The translations under genes and the position numbers were made by a program. DNA of 64,000 nucleotides from assembly GCF_030013595.1 (NCBI RefSeq), contig NZ_CP122768.1; one strand, given 5' to 3'. The stretch's first letter is position 1; each line of letters starts with the position of its first letter. Of the stretch, positions 1 to 13,938 are shown one piece after another. Below the pieces are notes generated by a model, which ran no database searches, was not told the DNA's origin, and was given only the letters and a program-made list of their open reading frames with translations. The DNA comes from Escherichia coli. Its GTDB lineage: Bacteria > Pseudomonadota > Gammaproteobacteria > Enterobacterales > Enterobacteriaceae.

Positions 1-1062
<1,062 letters not shown>

Positions 1063-1066
1063 ACCT

Positions 1067-1366
1067 ATGGCGCTTACAAAAGCTGAAATGTCAGAATATC
1101 TGTTTGATAAGCTTGGGCTTAGCAAGCGGGATGCCAAAGAACTGGTTGAACTGTTTTTCGAAGAGATCCGTCGCGCTCTGGAAAACGGCGAACAGGTGAA
1201 ACTCTCTGGTTTTGGTAACTTCGATCTGCGTGATAAGAATCAACGCCCGGGACGTAACCCGAAAACGGGCGAGGATATTCCCATTACAGCACGGCGCGTG
1301 GTGACCTTCAGACCCGGGCAGAAGTTAAAAAGCCGGGTCGAAAACGCTTCGCCCAAAGACGAGTAA
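1067..1366 (+). CDS. ihfA: integration host factor alpha subunit
   Basis: 99-aa ORF with HU/IHF-family sequence (GFGNF...RNPKTGE); 4 bp after pheT stop. Confidence 0.95.
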
Positions 1367-1383
1367 TCTGATCTAACTAAAAA

Positions 1384-1405
1384 GGCCGCTTTGCGGCCTT
1401 TTTTC
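1384..1405 (+). terminator. rho-independent terminator after ihfA
   Basis: GC stem ggccgc-tttg-gcggcc followed by T-run. Confidence 0.7.
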
Positions 1406-1466
1406 TTTTCACTGTCGAAGAGTCACCGTAAAATCAACGCCATGACACTTCAGCAGAACGGATACC

Positions 1467-2447
1467 ATGCTGACACTTGCCCGCCAACAACAGCGACAAA
1501 ATATTCGCTGGTTATTATGCCTGTCAGTTTTGATGCTGCTGGCGCTTCTCTTAAGCCTTTGCGCCGGTGAACAATGGATTTCGCCCGGTGACTGGTCTAC
1601 TCCTCGTGGCGAACTGTTCGTCTGGCAAATTCGCCTGCCACGTACGCTGGCTGTATTGCTGGTTGGTGCGGCGCTGGCTATATCCGGCGCAGTAATGCAG
1701 GCGTTGTTTGAAAATCCTCTGGCAGAACCTGGACTACTTGGCGTCTCTAACGGCGCAGGCGTAGGGCTTATCGCCGCGGTGTTGCTTGGGCAAGGGCAAC
1801 TCCCAAACTGGGCACTAGGGCTGTGTGCGATTGCTGGCGCGCTTATCATCACTTTAATACTCTTACGTTTCGCCCGTCGTCATCTTTCGACCAGTCGGTT
1901 ATTGCTGGCTGGCGTTGCATTAGGGATTATCTGTAGCGCACTAATGACGTGGGCTATCTACTTTTCCACCTCTGTTGATTTACGTCAGCTGATGTACTGG
2001 ATGATGGGCGGTTTTGGCGGCGTAGACTGGCGGCAAAGCTGGCTGATGCTGGCATTGATCCCCGTGTTGTTGTGGATCTGTTGTCAGTCCAGGCCGATGA
2101 ATATGTTAGCACTTGGCGAGATCTCGGCGCGGCAACTGGGTTTACCCCTGTGGTTCTGGCGCAATGTGCTGGTGGCAGCGACCGGCTGGATGGTTGGCGT
2201 CAGTGTGGCGCTGGCGGGTGCTATCGGCTTTATTGGTCTGGTGATCCCCCATATTCTCCGGTTATGTGGTTTAACCGATCATCGCGTATTACTTCCCGGC
2301 TGCGCGCTGGCAGGGGCGAGCGCATTGCTGCTGGCCGATATTGTAGCGCGCCTGGCATTAGCTGCCGCAGAGCTGCCTATTGGCGTGGTCACCGCAACGT
2401 TGGGTGCGCCGGTGTTTATCTGGTTATTGTTAAAAGCAGGACGTTAG
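1467..2447 (+). CDS. btuC: vitamin B12 ABC transporter permease
   Basis: 326-aa polytopic membrane ORF recognised as BtuC; position between ihfA and btuE. Confidence 0.9.
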   Translation: MLTLARQQQRQNIRWLLCLSVLMLLALLLSLCAGEQWISPGDWSTPRGELFVWQIRLPRTLAVLLVGAALAISGAVMQALFENPLAEPGLLGVSNGAGVGLIAAVLLGQGQLPNWALGLCAIAGALIITLILLRFARRHLSTSRLLLAGVALGIICSALMTWAIYFSTSVDLRQLMYWMMGGFGGVDWRQSWLMLALIPVLLWICCQSRPMNMLALGEISARQLGLPLWFWRNVLVAATGWMVGVSVALAGAIGFIGLVIPHILRLCGLTDHRVLLPGCALAGASALLLADIVARLALAAAELPIGVVTATLGAPVFIWLLLKAGR

Positions 2448-2509
2448 CCGCAAAAAGACGGTCTATGATTAAAAGCTAAGATTTTTACTGACCACACCCA
2501 GGAGAAACG

Positions 2510-3061
2510 ATGCAAGATTCCATTCTGACGACCGTAGTGAAAGATATCGACGGTGAAGTGACCACGCTGGAGAAGTACGCCGGTAATGTGCTGTTGATTG
2601 TCAATGTCGCCTCAAAGTGTGGCTTAACGCCGCAATATGAGCAGTTGGAGAATATTCAGAAAGCCTGGGCCGATCGTGGTTTTGTGGTGCTGGGATTCCC
2701 GTGCAACCAGTTTCTGGAGCAAGAACCGGGCAGCGATGAAGAGATTAAAACTTACTGCACCACTACATGGGGGGTGACGTTCCCGATGTTCAGTAAGATT
2801 GAAGTTAATGGCGAAGGACGCCATCCGCTGTATCAAAAATTGATTGCCGCAGCGCCGACCGCAGTCGCGCCGGAAGAGAGCGGATTCTATGCCCGTATGG
2901 TCAGCAAAGGTCGTGCACCGCTGTACCCTGATGATATTTTATGGAATTTTGAGAAATTTTTAGTTGGCAGGGACGGATTGGTCATCCAGCGTTTTTCCCC
3001 GGATATGACGCCGGAAGATCCCATTGTGATGGAAAGCATTAAACTGGCGTTGGCGAAATAA
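2510..3061 (+). CDS. btuE: glutathione-peroxidase-family thiol peroxidase
   Basis: 183-aa ORF with GPx motifs ([15 protein letters not shown]). Confidence 0.9.
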   Translation: MQDSILTTVVKDIDGEVTTLEKYAGNVLLIVNVASKCGLTPQYEQLENIQKAWADRGFVVLGFPCNQFLEQEPGSDEEIKTYCTTTWGVTFPMFSKIEVNGEGRHPLYQKLIAAAPTAVAPEESGFYARMVSKGRAPLYPDDILWNFEKFLVGRDGLVIQRFSPDMTPEDPIVMESIKLALAK

Positions 3062-3810
3062 TGTCTATTGTGATGCAGCTACAGGATGTTGCGGAATCAA
3101 CCCGCCTTGGGCCGCTTTCTGGCGAGGTTCGGGCAGGGGAGATCCTGCATCTGGTGGGGCCGAATGGCGCGGGTAAGAGTACCTTACTGGCGCGAATGGC
3201 CGGAATGACCAGCGGTAAGGGAAGCATTCAGTTCGCGGGGCAACCACTGGAAGCATGGTCCGCAACAAAACTCGCACTGCATCGCGCCTATTTTTCACAA
3301 CAGCAGACGCCGCCGTTTGCAATGCCGGTCTGGCACTACCTGACACTGCATCAGCACGATAAAACGCGTACCGAACTACTGAATGATGTCGCAGGGGCGC
3401 TGGCTCTTGATGACAAACTCGGACGTAGCACCAATCAACTTTCCGGCGGCGAATGGCAACGCGTACGTCTTGCTGCGGTGGTGCTGCAAATCACACCACA
3501 AGCCAATCCCGCAGGCCAATTACTACTTCTTGATGAGCCCATGAACAGTCTTGATGTTGCGCAACAAAGTGCATTAGACAAAATTCTGAGCGCGCTGTGT
3601 CAGCAAGGACTGGCGATTGTGATGAGCAGTCACGATCTCAACCATACATTGCGTCATGCGCATCGGGCGTGGTTGCTAAAAGGTGGAAAAATGCTGGCCA
3701 GTGGACGCAGGGAAGAGGTGCTCACGCCGCCAAATCTGGCGCAGGCCTATGGGATGAATTTTCGCCGTCTGGATATCGAAGGTCACCGAATGCTGATTTC
3801 GACCATCTGA
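3061..3810 (+). CDS. btuD: vitamin B12 ABC transporter ATP-binding protein
   Basis: 249-aa ORF with Walker [10 protein letters not shown] and ABC signature LSGGEWQR; start overlaps btuE stop by 1 nt. Confidence 0.9.
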   Translation: MSIVMQLQDVAESTRLGPLSGEVRAGEILHLVGPNGAGKSTLLARMAGMTSGKGSIQFAGQPLEAWSATKLALHRAYFSQQQTPPFAMPVWHYLTLHQHDKTRTELLNDVAGALALDDKLGRSTNQLSGGEWQRVRLAAVVLQITPQANPAGQLLLLDEPMNSLDVAQQSALDKILSALCQQGLAIVMSSHDLNHTLRHAHRAWLLKGGKMLASGRREEVLTPPNLAQAYGMNFRRLDIEGHRMLISTI

Positions 3811-3887
3811 TTTCATTAGTATCTTGAAAATCGGGTAATTACGACGCTAAATTAATGCAAGAATAAAAAACAGAGGAACCGTACGGA

Positions 3888-4352
3888 ATGCGTTTCTGCC
3901 TTATTTTGATCACAGCACTGTTTCTGGCCGGGTGTAGCCACCATAAAGCACCGCCGCCAAATGCCAGACTTTCTGATTCGATTACCGTTATTGCCGGTTT
4001 GAACGACCAGCTACAAAGCTGGCATGGCACGCCGTATCGTTATGGTGGCATGACGCGGCGCGGTGTGGACTGTTCGGGATTTGTGGTTGTGACGATGCGC
4101 GATCGTTTCGATTTGCAGCTGCCCCGAGAAACCAAAGAACAAGCCTCTATCGGCACGCAAATTGATAAAGACGAGTTGCTGCCTGGTGACCTGGTCTTTT
4201 TCAAAACGGGTTCCGGACAAAATGGTTTGCATGTAGGTATTTACGATACCAACAACCAATTTATCCACGCCTCTACCAGCAAGGGAGTGATGCGTTCCTC
4301 ACTCGATAATGTCTATTGGCAGAAAAATTTCTGGCAGGCGAGACGAATCTAG
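3888..4352 (+). CDS. nlpC: NlpC/P60-family lipoprotein peptidase
   Basis: 154-aa ORF with lipobox LAGC and NlpC/P60 catalytic Cys region (GVDCSGFV). Confidence 0.9.
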   Translation: MRFCLILITALFLAGCSHHKAPPPNARLSDSITVIAGLNDQLQSWHGTPYRYGGMTRRGVDCSGFVVVTMRDRFDLQLPRETKEQASIGTQIDKDELLPGDLVFFKTGSGQNGLHVGIYDTNNQFIHASTSKGVMRSSLDNVYWQKNFWQARRI

Positions 4353-4598
4353 TATGTCGAAAAATGGACGGCGATGATACATCTCCGTCCATTTACTCCT
4401 GAATACAGTAGTATTTTACAGACAAAAATTCCGTAAATGGATTATTCGTTTATAATCAGGATAATCTAATAAAAGGACCCCTGAAAAAGTGGTTAACATG
4501 GAACAAATGAAAGTTACTCCTTCTGTAATTGTTATGTCTTATGGCCTCATCCCTTTTAGCCGGATACTGAAAAACATCCTTCGAGAGGGACGGTTACC

Positions 4599-5312
4599 AT
4601 GAAGATTTTTTTGGAGAATCTTTATCATTCTGATTGCTATTTCCTGCCGATAAGAGATAACCAGCAAGACCTTGTCGGCGTTGAGTTAATTACCCATTTC
4701 TCCAGTGAAGATGGTACGGTTCGTATTCCGACGAGTCGGGTTATAGCGCAACTTACCGAGGAGCAACATTGGCAATTATTTTCAGAGCAGTTGGAATTAC
4801 TAAAATCATGCCAACACTTTTTTATTCAACATAAACTCTTTGCCTGGCTTAATTTAACCCCACAAGTGGCTACATTATTATTAGACAGGGATAATTACGC
4901 AGGCGAACTATTAAAATATCCGTTTATTGAACTGTTGATTAATGAGAATTACCCGCATCTCGATGAAGGAAAAGATAATCGCGATCTTTTGTCCTTATCG
5001 CAAATGTATCCCCTTGTTTTAGGTAATTTGGGCGCAGGCAATAGCACAATGAAAGCGGTTTTTGATGGTCTTTTCACCCGCGTCATGCTGGATAAAAGTT
5101 TTATTCAGCAACAAATCACGCATCGCTCCTTCGAACCGTTTATTCGTGCGATCCAGGCGCAAATTTCCCCATGTTGCAATTGCATCATCGTGGGGGGCAT
5201 TGATACGCCAGAAATAATGGCACAGATTACCCCCTTTGATTTCCATGCTCTCCAGGGATGCCTATGGCCTGCCGTTCCTGTAAATCAGATAACGACGTTG
5301 GTTCAGCGATAA
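4599..5312 (+). CDS. ydiV: degenerate EAL-like protein, anti-FlhD4C2 factor
   Basis: 237-aa ORF recognised as YdiV; conserved K-12 position. Confidence 0.85.
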   Translation: MKIFLENLYHSDCYFLPIRDNQQDLVGVELITHFSSEDGTVRIPTSRVIAQLTEEQHWQLFSEQLELLKSCQHFFIQHKLFAWLNLTPQVATLLLDRDNYAGELLKYPFIELLINENYPHLDEGKDNRDLLSLSQMYPLVLGNLGAGNSTMKAVFDGLFTRVMLDKSFIQQQITHRSFEPFIRAIQAQISPCCNCIIVGGIDTPEIMAQITPFDFHALQGCLWPAVPVNQITTLVQR

Positions 5313-5335
5313 CCCTCCTGTTTGCTGGTGTTTAA

Positions 5336-6811
<1,476 letters not shown>

Positions 6812-6814
6812 AGG

Positions 6815-7006
6815 CTACTTGGTCAACAGCAGCTTGCCAGCCTGAGTTTTACGGAGCAGATATTCTTGCCCGTCATGATCGATAATCAGTTTGCCATCCG
6901 GACCTAACAGTGTCTGGCTGGTAATTCGCCGGATGGGCTGCGGGGAAGCGGTCTTGTGATTGGCATCCGTTTCAGGCGTGAGTTTTCTGCTATCCGTATA
7001 ACGCAT
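6815..7006 (-). CDS. ydiE: HemP-like small protein
   Basis: 63-aa ORF ([12 protein letters not shown]...) inside the longer 72-aa track ORF; start chosen from remembered YdiE N-terminus. Confidence 0.7.
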   Translation of the reverse strand: MRYTDSRKLTPETDANHKTASPQPIRRITSQTLLGPDGKLIIDHDGQEYLLRKTQAGKLLLTK

Positions 7007-7027
7007 AAAAATTAATAATAATTGATA

Positions 7028-7050
7028 TAACAATGATTCTTATTATCAAT
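7028..7050 (-). promoter_or_regulatory. Fur-box-like motif immediately upstream of ydiE
   Basis: aatgattcttattatc resembles Fur consensus gataatgataatcattatc (about 12 of 16 positions). Confidence 0.4.
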
Positions 7051-7137
7051 ATTATAGCGGGCCAGAGCAAGCAGTAATGTGTTGAGAAGACAACAAGTTG
7101 CGCAGAAATGCCCATTCCGTCAGGAATGGGCACGCAT

Positions 7138-8184
7138 TCAGAAGCGGGTATCTACCGCAGAGGCGAGTTTTTCGACCAGGCGTTCGGTATCTTCCCAGCC
7201 CAGACACGGGTCGGTAATCGATTGACCGTAAGTGAGCGGCTGACCGCCGACGATTTTTTGCGTTCCTTCGCGCAGGAAACTTTCCGCCATAATTCCAGCA
7301 ATCGCCGTAGAGCCATTGCGGATTTGCTGACAAATATCCTCACAAACTTCTAACTGGCGACGGTGCTGCTTCTGGCAGTTACCGTGGCTGAAATCCACCA
7401 CCAGATGTTCAGGTAAATCAAACTCGTGCAGCGTATCGCAGGCTGCGGCGATATCATCGGCATGGTAATTCGGTTTTTTGCCGCCACGCATAATAATGTG
7501 GCCATACGGGTTGCCGCTGGTCTGATAGATGGTCATCTGACCATTTTTGTCTGGCGAGAGGAACATATGGCTGGCGCGGGCTGCGCGGATAGCATCTACG
7601 GCAATCCGCGTGTTGCCATCGGTACCATTTTTAAAACCTACCGGACAGGAGAGTGCCGAAGCCATTTCACGGTGGATCTGACTTTCGGTAGTACGTGCGC
7701 CAATCGCGCCCCAACTGATTAAATCAGCAATAAACTGACCGGTCACCATATCGAGGAACTCAGTCGCGGTAGGAACACCCAGCTCATTTACCTGTAAAAG
7801 TAATTTGCGCGCCAGCTCCAGACCGTGATTTACCCGATAGCTGCCGTTTAAATCCGGATCGGAGATTAGCCCTTTCCAGCCGACAACAGTTCGTGGTTTT
7901 TCAAAATAGGTGCGCATTACGATTTCCAGCCGTGACTGGTACTGGTTGCGCAGCGACTGCAGACGGGTGGCGTACTCCATTGCAGCGGTGAGATCGTGGA
8001 TCGAGCAGGGGCCAATAATGACCAACAGTCGCTTATCTTCACCATTCAGTATTTTTTCAATTCTGCGGCGGGAGTCGGTGACATGGGTGGCGACGCCAGG
8101 CGTTACGGGATACCGTAGCGCGAGTTCGGCGGGCGTTACCAGGCTCTCAATACGCGCAGTACGGAGTTCGTCAGTTCTGTTCAT
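7138..8184 (-). CDS. aroH: DAHP synthase, Trp-sensitive
   Basis: 348-aa ORF recognised as AroH. Confidence 0.95.
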   Translation of the reverse strand: MNRTDELRTARIESLVTPAELALRYPVTPGVATHVTDSRRRIEKILNGEDKRLLVIIGPCSIHDLTAAMEYATRLQSLRNQYQSRLEIVMRTYFEKPRTVVGWKGLISDPDLNGSYRVNHGLELARKLLLQVNELGVPTATEFLDMVTGQFIADLISWGAIGARTTESQIHREMASALSCPVGFKNGTDGNTRIAVDAIRAARASHMFLSPDKNGQMTIYQTSGNPYGHIIMRGGKKPNYHADDIAAACDTLHEFDLPEHLVVDFSHGNCQKQHRRQLEVCEDICQQIRNGSTAIAGIMAESFLREGTQKIVGGQPLTYGQSITDPCLGWEDTERLVEKLASAVDTRF

Positions 8185-8329
8185 TACAAGTCTCAGAAAT
8201 TTGTTGCTTCTACGGCAGGACTACCGGGAAGTGATGCGCATCACGATAAACCAATCGCAGCTGATTTCAAGTGCGAGGTGTGTCACACCTCGCCGGGTGG
8301 TTAGCATGATAACAAAAAAATAAGCTAAT

Positions 8330-8347
8330 GCACTAGTTCTCTAGTAC
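8330..8347 (-). promoter_or_regulatory. TrpR-operator-like palindrome upstream of aroH, overlapping the ppsR stop codon
   Basis: gcaCTAGttctCTAGtac, two CTAG half-sites in trp-operator arrangement. Confidence 0.5.
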
Positions 8348-9174
8348 ATTCGACGGCTAAGGCCCATGATATCGAGGATCTTGGTGGCAATCTCTTCTAC
8401 CGAATAATTGGTACTGTTAATCCACGGGATCTGATTTTTACGGTACAACGCTTCCACTTCCGCGACTTCCATCCTGCACTGACGAAGCGAGGCATAGCGA
8501 CTGTTCTCCCGACGTTCCTCGCGAATCGCCGCCAGTCGTTCCGGGTCGATAGTCAGGCCGAACAATTTATGCTGAAGCGGTTTGAGCGACGCGGGTAGCA
8601 CCAGATTATCCATATCGTCGGCAATAAAGGGGTAGTTTGCCGCGCGGATACCAAATTGCATTGCCAGATACAGACTGGTGGGGGTTTTACCACAGCGAGA
8701 AACGCCGAGCAGGATCACCTGAGCCTGGTCCAGATTGCGCAACGAAATGCCATCATCGTGGGCGAGGGTGTAATCAATCGCCGCAATGCGCGCATCATAT
8801 TTATTGAGATTATTAGGGTTAAGGCCATGGGTACGATGAGCAATCGGCGTGGGATCCAGTTTCATCTCTTGTTGTAGCGGGGCAACCAGTGCCTGAACGA
8901 TATCCTGGCAAAAGCCTTCACTTTGCAAGATGATGGCGCGAATTTCCGGCAACACGATGGAGTAGAAGACCAGCGGGCGCACACCTGTCTGGTGATAAAT
9001 TGCGTCAATCTGATCCTTCACTGCCCGTGCACGGCTCTCATTTTCGACAAACGGCAGCGTAATGCTGCTGATAGTGACGGGAAATTGTGACATTACTGCG
9101 TGTCCTAATACCTCCGCAGTTATTGCCGTACCATCAGAAATATAAAAAACGTGGCGATCAACAGCATTATCCAT
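8341..9174 (-). CDS. ppsR: PEP synthetase regulatory protein (kinase/pyrophosphorylase)
   Basis: 277-aa ORF with P-loop GVSRCGKT; divergent from ppsA. Confidence 0.9.
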
Positions 9175-9404
9175 TTTGTTCTTCCCGTGATGCAGACATA
9201 ATTCTATGAAAGCATAAATTAAAAACGCACAGAAGCGTAGAACGTTATGTCTGGTTTATAAAATGAACCTTCAATTTTATTTTTTATGAAAACAGCATTT
9301 CATTTTTACGGTTTCGTTTATACCGATGGTTTATGTGGAAATTGTCGAAGAGAGCAGATTTGCGCAACGCTGGGATCAGTCTTAAAAAGTAAAAAAATAT
9401 ATTT

Positions 9405-9420
9405 GCTTGAACGATTCACC
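9405..9420 (+). promoter_or_regulatory. Cra(FruR)-like operator in ppsA promoter region
   Basis: gcTTGAAcGATTCAcc matches Cra half-sites TGAA.C / G.TTCA; about 90 bp upstream of ppsA ATG. Confidence 0.5.
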
Positions 9421-9506
9421 GTTTTTTTCATCCGGTTAAATATGCAAAGATAAATGCGCAGAAATGTGTTTCTCAAACCGTTCATTTATCACAAAAGGAT
9501 TGTTCG

Positions 9507-11885
9507 ATGTCCAACAATGGCTCGTCACCGCTGGTGCTTTGGTATAACCAACTCGGCATGAATGATGTAGACAGGGTTGGGGGCAAAAATGCCTCCCTGG
9601 GTGAAATGATTACTAACCTTTCCGGAATGGGTGTTTCCGTTCCGAATGGTTTCGCCACAACCGCCGACGCGTTTAACCAGTTTCTGGACCAAAGCGGCGT
9701 AAACCAGCGCATTTATGAACTGCTGGATAAAACGGATATTGACGATGTTACCCAGCTTGCGAAAGCGGGCGCGCAAATCCGCCAGTGGATTATCGACACT
9801 CCCTTCCAGCCTGAGCTGGAAAACGCCATCCGCGAAGCCTATGCACAGCTTTCCGCCGATGACGAAAACGCCTCGTTTGCGGTGCGTTCCTCCGCTACTG
9901 CAGAAGATATGCCGGACGCTTCTTTTGCCGGTCAGCAGGAAACTTTCCTCAACGTTCAGGGTTTTGACGCCGTTCTCGTGGCAGTGAAACATGTATTTGC
10001 TTCTCTGTTTAACGATCGCGCCATCTCTTATCGTGTGCACCAGGGTTACGATCACCGTGGCGTGGCGCTCTCCGCCGGTGTTCAGCGGATGGTGCGCTCC
10101 GACCTCGCATCTTCTGGCGTGATGTTCTCCATTGATACGGAATCCGGCTTTGACCAGGTGGTGTTTATTACTTCCGCATGGGGCCTTGGTGAAATGGTCG
10201 TGCAGGGCGCGGTTAACCCGGATGAGTTTTACGTGCATAAACCGACACTGTCGGCGAATCGCCCGGCTATCGTGCGCCGCACCATGGGGTCGAAAAAAAT
10301 CCGCATGGTCTACGCGCCGACCCAGGAGCACGGCAAGCAGGTTAAAATCGAAGACGTACCGCAGGAACAGCGTGACATCTTCTCGCTGACCAACGAAGAA
10401 GTGCAGGAACTGGCAAAACAGGCCGTACAAATTGAGAAACACTACGGTCGCCCAATGGATATTGAGTGGGCGAAAGATGGCCACACCGGCAAACTGTTCA
10501 TTGTGCAGGCGCGTCCGGAAACCGTGCGCTCACGCGGTCAGGTCATGGAGCGTTATACGCTGCATTCACAGGGTAAGATTATCGCCGAAGGCCGTGCTAT
10601 CGGTCATCGCATCGGCGCGGGTCCGGTGAAAGTCATCCATGACATCAGCGAAATGAACCGCATCGAACCTGGCGACGTGCTGGTTACTGACATGACCGAC
10701 CCGGACTGGGAACCGATCATGAAGAAGGCATCTGCCATCGTCACCAACCGTGGGGGGCGTACCTGTCACGCGGCGATCATCGCTCGTGAACTCGGCATTC
10801 CGGCGGTAGTGGGCTGTGGTGATGCAACAGAACGGATGAAAGACGGTGAGAACGTCACTGTTTCTTGTGCCGAAGGTGATACCGGTTACGTCTATGCGGA
10901 GTTGCTGGAATTTAGCGTGAAAAGCTCCAGCGTGGAAACCATGCCGGATCTGCCGCTGAAAGTGATGATGAACGTCGGTAATCCGGACCGTGCTTTCGAC
11001 TTCGCCTGCCTGCCGAACGAAGGCGTCGGCCTTGCGCGTCTGGAATTTATCATCAACCGTATGATTGGCGTCCACCCACGCGCACTGCTTGAGTTTGACG
11101 ATCAGGAACCGCAGTTGCAAAACGAAATCCGCGAGATGATGAAAGGTTTTGATTCTCCGCGTGAATTTTACGTTGGGCGTTTGACTGAAGGGATCGCGAC
11201 GCTGGGTGCCGCGTTTTATCCGAAGCGCGTCATTGTCCGTCTCTCTGATTTTAAATCGAACGAATATGCCAACCTGGTCGGTGGTGAGCGTTACGAGCCA
11301 GATGAAGAGAACCCGATGCTCGGCTTCCGTGGCGCGGGCCGCTATGTTTCCGACAGCTTCCGCGACTGCTTCGCGCTGGAGTGTGAAGCAGTGAAACGTG
11401 TGCGCAACGATATGGGGCTGACCAACGTTGAGATCATGATCCCGTTCGTGCGTACCGTAGATCAGGCGAAAGCGGTGGTTGACGAACTGGCGCGTCAGGG
11501 GCTGAAACGTGGTGAGAACGGGCTGAAAATCATCATGATGTGTGAAATTCCGTCCAACGCCTTGCTGGCAGAGCAGTTCCTCGAATATTTCGACGGCTTC
11601 TCAATTGGCTCAAACGACATGACGCAGCTGGCGCTCGGTCTGGATCGTGACTCCGGCGTGGTGTCTGAACTGTTCGATGAGCGCAACGATGCGGTGAAAG
11701 CACTGCTGTCGATGGCGATTCGTGCCGCGAAGAAACAGGGCAAATATGTCGGGATTTGCGGTCAGGGTCCATCCGACCACGAAGACTTTGCTGCATGGTT
11801 GATGGAAGAGGGGATCGATAGCCTGTCTCTGAACCCGGACACCGTGGTGCAAACCTGGTTAAGCCTGGCTGAACTGAAGAAATAA
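9507..11885 (+). CDS. ppsA: phosphoenolpyruvate synthase
   Basis: 792-aa ORF recognised as PpsA (phosphohistidine region [13 protein letters not shown]). Confidence 0.95.
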   Translation: MSNNGSSPLVLWYNQLGMNDVDRVGGKNASLGEMITNLSGMGVSVPNGFATTADAFNQFLDQSGVNQRIYELLDKTDIDDVTQLAKAGAQIRQWIIDTPFQPELENAIREAYAQLSADDENASFAVRSSATAEDMPDASFAGQQETFLNVQGFDAVLVAVKHVFASLFNDRAISYRVHQGYDHRGVALSAGVQRMVRSDLASSGVMFSIDTESGFDQVVFITSAWGLGEMVVQGAVNPDEFYVHKPTLSANRPAIVRRTMGSKKIRMVYAPTQEHGKQVKIEDVPQEQRDIFSLTNEEVQELAKQAVQIEKHYGRPMDIEWAKDGHTGKLFIVQARPETVRSRGQVMERYTLHSQGKIIAEGRAIGHRIGAGPVKVIHDISEMNRIEPGDVLVTDMTDPDWEPIMKKASAIVTNRGGRTCHAAIIARELGIPAVVGCGDATERMKDGENVTVSCAEGDTGYVYAELLEFSVKSSSVETMPDLPLKVMMNVGNPDRAFDFACLPNEGVGLARLEFIINRMIGVHPRALLEFDDQEPQLQNEIREMMKGFDSPREFYVGRLTEGIATLGAAFYPKRVIVRLSDFKSNEYANLVGGERYEPDEENPMLGFRGAGRYVSDSFRDCFALECEAVKRVRNDMGLTNVEIMIPFVRTVDQAKAVVDELARQGLKRGENGLKIIMMCEIPSNALLAEQFLEYFDGFSIGSNDMTQLALGLDRDSGVVSELFDERNDAVKALLSMAIRAAKKQGKYVGICGQGPSDHEDFAAWLMEEGIDSLSLNPDTVVQTWLSLAELKK

Positions 11886-11894
11886 AATAAATAC

Positions 11895-11917
11895 CCGGCG
11901 GCGTTTTGTCGCCGGGT
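11895..11917. terminator. hairpin between convergent ppsA and fadK (possible bidirectional terminator)
   Basis: cccggcg-gcgttttgt-cgccggg stem-loop between the two stop codons. Confidence 0.55.
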
Positions 11918-11941
11918 TTATGTGATCCCCGAAGATGAAAC

Positions 11942-13588
11942 TTATTCAATCTCTTCACAGACATCCTGAGTTAATCGCCGCATAATATCTTTCCTTAACA
12001 AAAACTTTTGTATTTTACCTGAGGCAGTGCGAGGTAGTTTTTCGATTACCACGATATGTTCAGGATATTTATATTTCGCGACCCGTTTACGGCTAAAAAA
12101 AGTCACCACGTCTTCCAGCGATAATGAATGATGCGGCGCTTTCAGCACGACATAAGCGCATGAGCGTTCACCTAAACGTTCATCGGGCATTGCAATCACA
12201 CAGGCATCGTGAATTTTAGGATGCTGTAATAAAATATCTTCTACTTCACGGCTGCTAATATTTTCGCCGCCGCGGACAATAATATCTTTCTTGCGCCCGG
12301 TTATTTTTATATAGCCAGCCTCATCCATGCGGCAGAGATCGCCGCTGTAATACCAGCCTTCTTCATCCAGCGCACGGGCGGTTAATTCAGGTTCATCAAA
12401 ATACCCCATAAACACATTGGGGCCACGCGAGGCTTCTTCACCTTCGCAACCTGGCGGTAAGGTCTTGCGTGCGTCATCGACCACTTTAATCTCAACTCCT
12501 GCGGCAGCGTAACCATCGGTATGCATAAAGCGCGATAAAGGATCGTCGAGATTCACCACTGCGTGCGGCGAACTTTCTGTGGAACCATAAACACTTAATA
12601 ATTTAATGCCGCGCTGTTGGCATTCACGCGCCACTTTTTTGGGGATTGTGGTCCCGCCGCAAAGAAAGAAGCGCAGCGCTGAAAGGTCAGCGGGTTGTTT
12701 CTCCAGTAAATTCAAAAGATCATAGACAAACGGCGTTGCGCCGAGCATACAGGTGCAACGCTGCTGCTCAAGCAGCGCGAGACACGCATCAGGAGTGAAA
12801 ATATCTAACAACACGCTGCGAGCGCCAATTAAGAATGGTGCCGTTACGCCATGCAGAAAGCCCGTTGCATGACCAAGTGGCGCAGGCATCATAAAGACAT
12901 CCTGCCAGGTCAGATTCAACCGCGCGCAATAAGCCCGCTCACTGGCGAGAATATTGTTATGCGTTAGCATCACGCCCTTTGGCAGACCCTCGGTTCCGGA
13001 GGTAAACAGCACCGCGGCTAATTCATCGCCGTGGACCGTTATCGCCGTGGTCAGAGGAGTATTGTCGGCGATAATCTGACTTAATGAGAGGGAAGAGGTG
13101 GCGGGAGCCAGTTTGTCCACGCCGACAATTTGTTGTAGTTGTAGAAGCTGATTTTGCAGCGGCAGGATTAAATCTACCGGACGCGTTTGTTTAAACAACG
13201 TCGGTGCAAAGAACATTTTTGCCTGACACTTATTGAGTACCCATACCAGTTCTGCTTCCCGCCAGGAAGGCAACAGCGGTACGGAAACCGCACCGATTTT
13301 CAGGCAGGCAAGATAGATAACGGTAAATTCACACCAGCCAGGCAGTTGAAATGCGATACGATCGCCTGATTCAATACCCTTCGCTAACATCCAGTTTGCC
13401 AGACAGCTCGCGGCGTGATCGAGCGCGCTATAGGTGTACGATGCACCATGATTATCGACCACGGCAATTTTGTCTGGCATCGCACGAGCGGTCTGCTGCC
13501 AGTAATCGGCCAGCGAAGCATCGCCCCATAGCCCTTGCTGACGATACGCCGCACGACGTTGTTCGTAAAACGTTAATGTCACTTTCAT
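11942..13588 (-). CDS. fadK: short-chain acyl-CoA synthetase
   Basis: 548-aa ORF (start MKVTLTF inside the 566-aa track ORF) with AMP-binding motifs. Confidence 0.85.
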   Translation of the reverse strand: MKVTLTFYEQRRAAYRQQGLWGDASLADYWQQTARAMPDKIAVVDNHGASYTYSALDHAASCLANWMLAKGIESGDRIAFQLPGWCEFTVIYLACLKIGAVSVPLLPSWREAELVWVLNKCQAKMFFAPTLFKQTRPVDLILPLQNQLLQLQQIVGVDKLAPATSSLSLSQIIADNTPLTTAITVHGDELAAVLFTSGTEGLPKGVMLTHNNILASERAYCARLNLTWQDVFMMPAPLGHATGFLHGVTAPFLIGARSVLLDIFTPDACLALLEQQRCTCMLGATPFVYDLLNLLEKQPADLSALRFFLCGGTTIPKKVARECQQRGIKLLSVYGSTESSPHAVVNLDDPLSRFMHTDGYAAAGVEIKVVDDARKTLPPGCEGEEASRGPNVFMGYFDEPELTARALDEEGWYYSGDLCRMDEAGYIKITGRKKDIIVRGGENISSREVEDILLQHPKIHDACVIAMPDERLGERSCAYVVLKAPHHSLSLEDVVTFFSRKRVAKYKYPEHIVVIEKLPRTASGKIQKFLLRKDIMRRLTQDVCEEIE

Positions 13589-13644
13589 TTTGGACTCTCG
13601 AGACAGAACATCAGGCCCGAGATGCGGGCCTGTGGGATGCATGA

Positions 13645-13938
13645 TTAGCCGTAGCGAAAATCAATACCGAAGGTGCCTGCAGGATATTGCCACTGTTCGA
13701 GAATAGTGTTGCCGCACAGCACCCGACAGGTGCCGCACTCCAGACAACCGGCGGAATCGAAATGAATGTTTCCTGCGTCATCCTGCTTATAAAGTCCGGC
13801 AGGGCAAGCTTTCATTAATTTACGGAATTCATTGATATCGGGATTTGCCGCCAAAATGATATGCGGGTGGCCCTCATCAACATGGAATTTATTGACGCCT
13901 AATTTGATGTCGACGTTAACCGTAGCGTTCTGGCTCAT
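13645..13938 (-). CDS. ydiT: FixX-like ferredoxin
   Basis: 97-aa Cys-rich ORF; 4-bp overlap with ydiS. Confidence 0.85.
   Translation of the reverse strand: MSQNATVNVDIKLGVNKFHVDEGHPHIILAANPDINEFRKLMKACPAGLYKQDDAGNIHFDSAGCLECGTCRVLCGNTILEQWQYPAGTFGIDFRYG

Noticed and set aside
9525-10484. 319-aa minus-strand ORF antisense to ppsA
   Set aside because: Embedded in ppsA; no motifs, no ribosome-binding site context; most likely a chance open frame.
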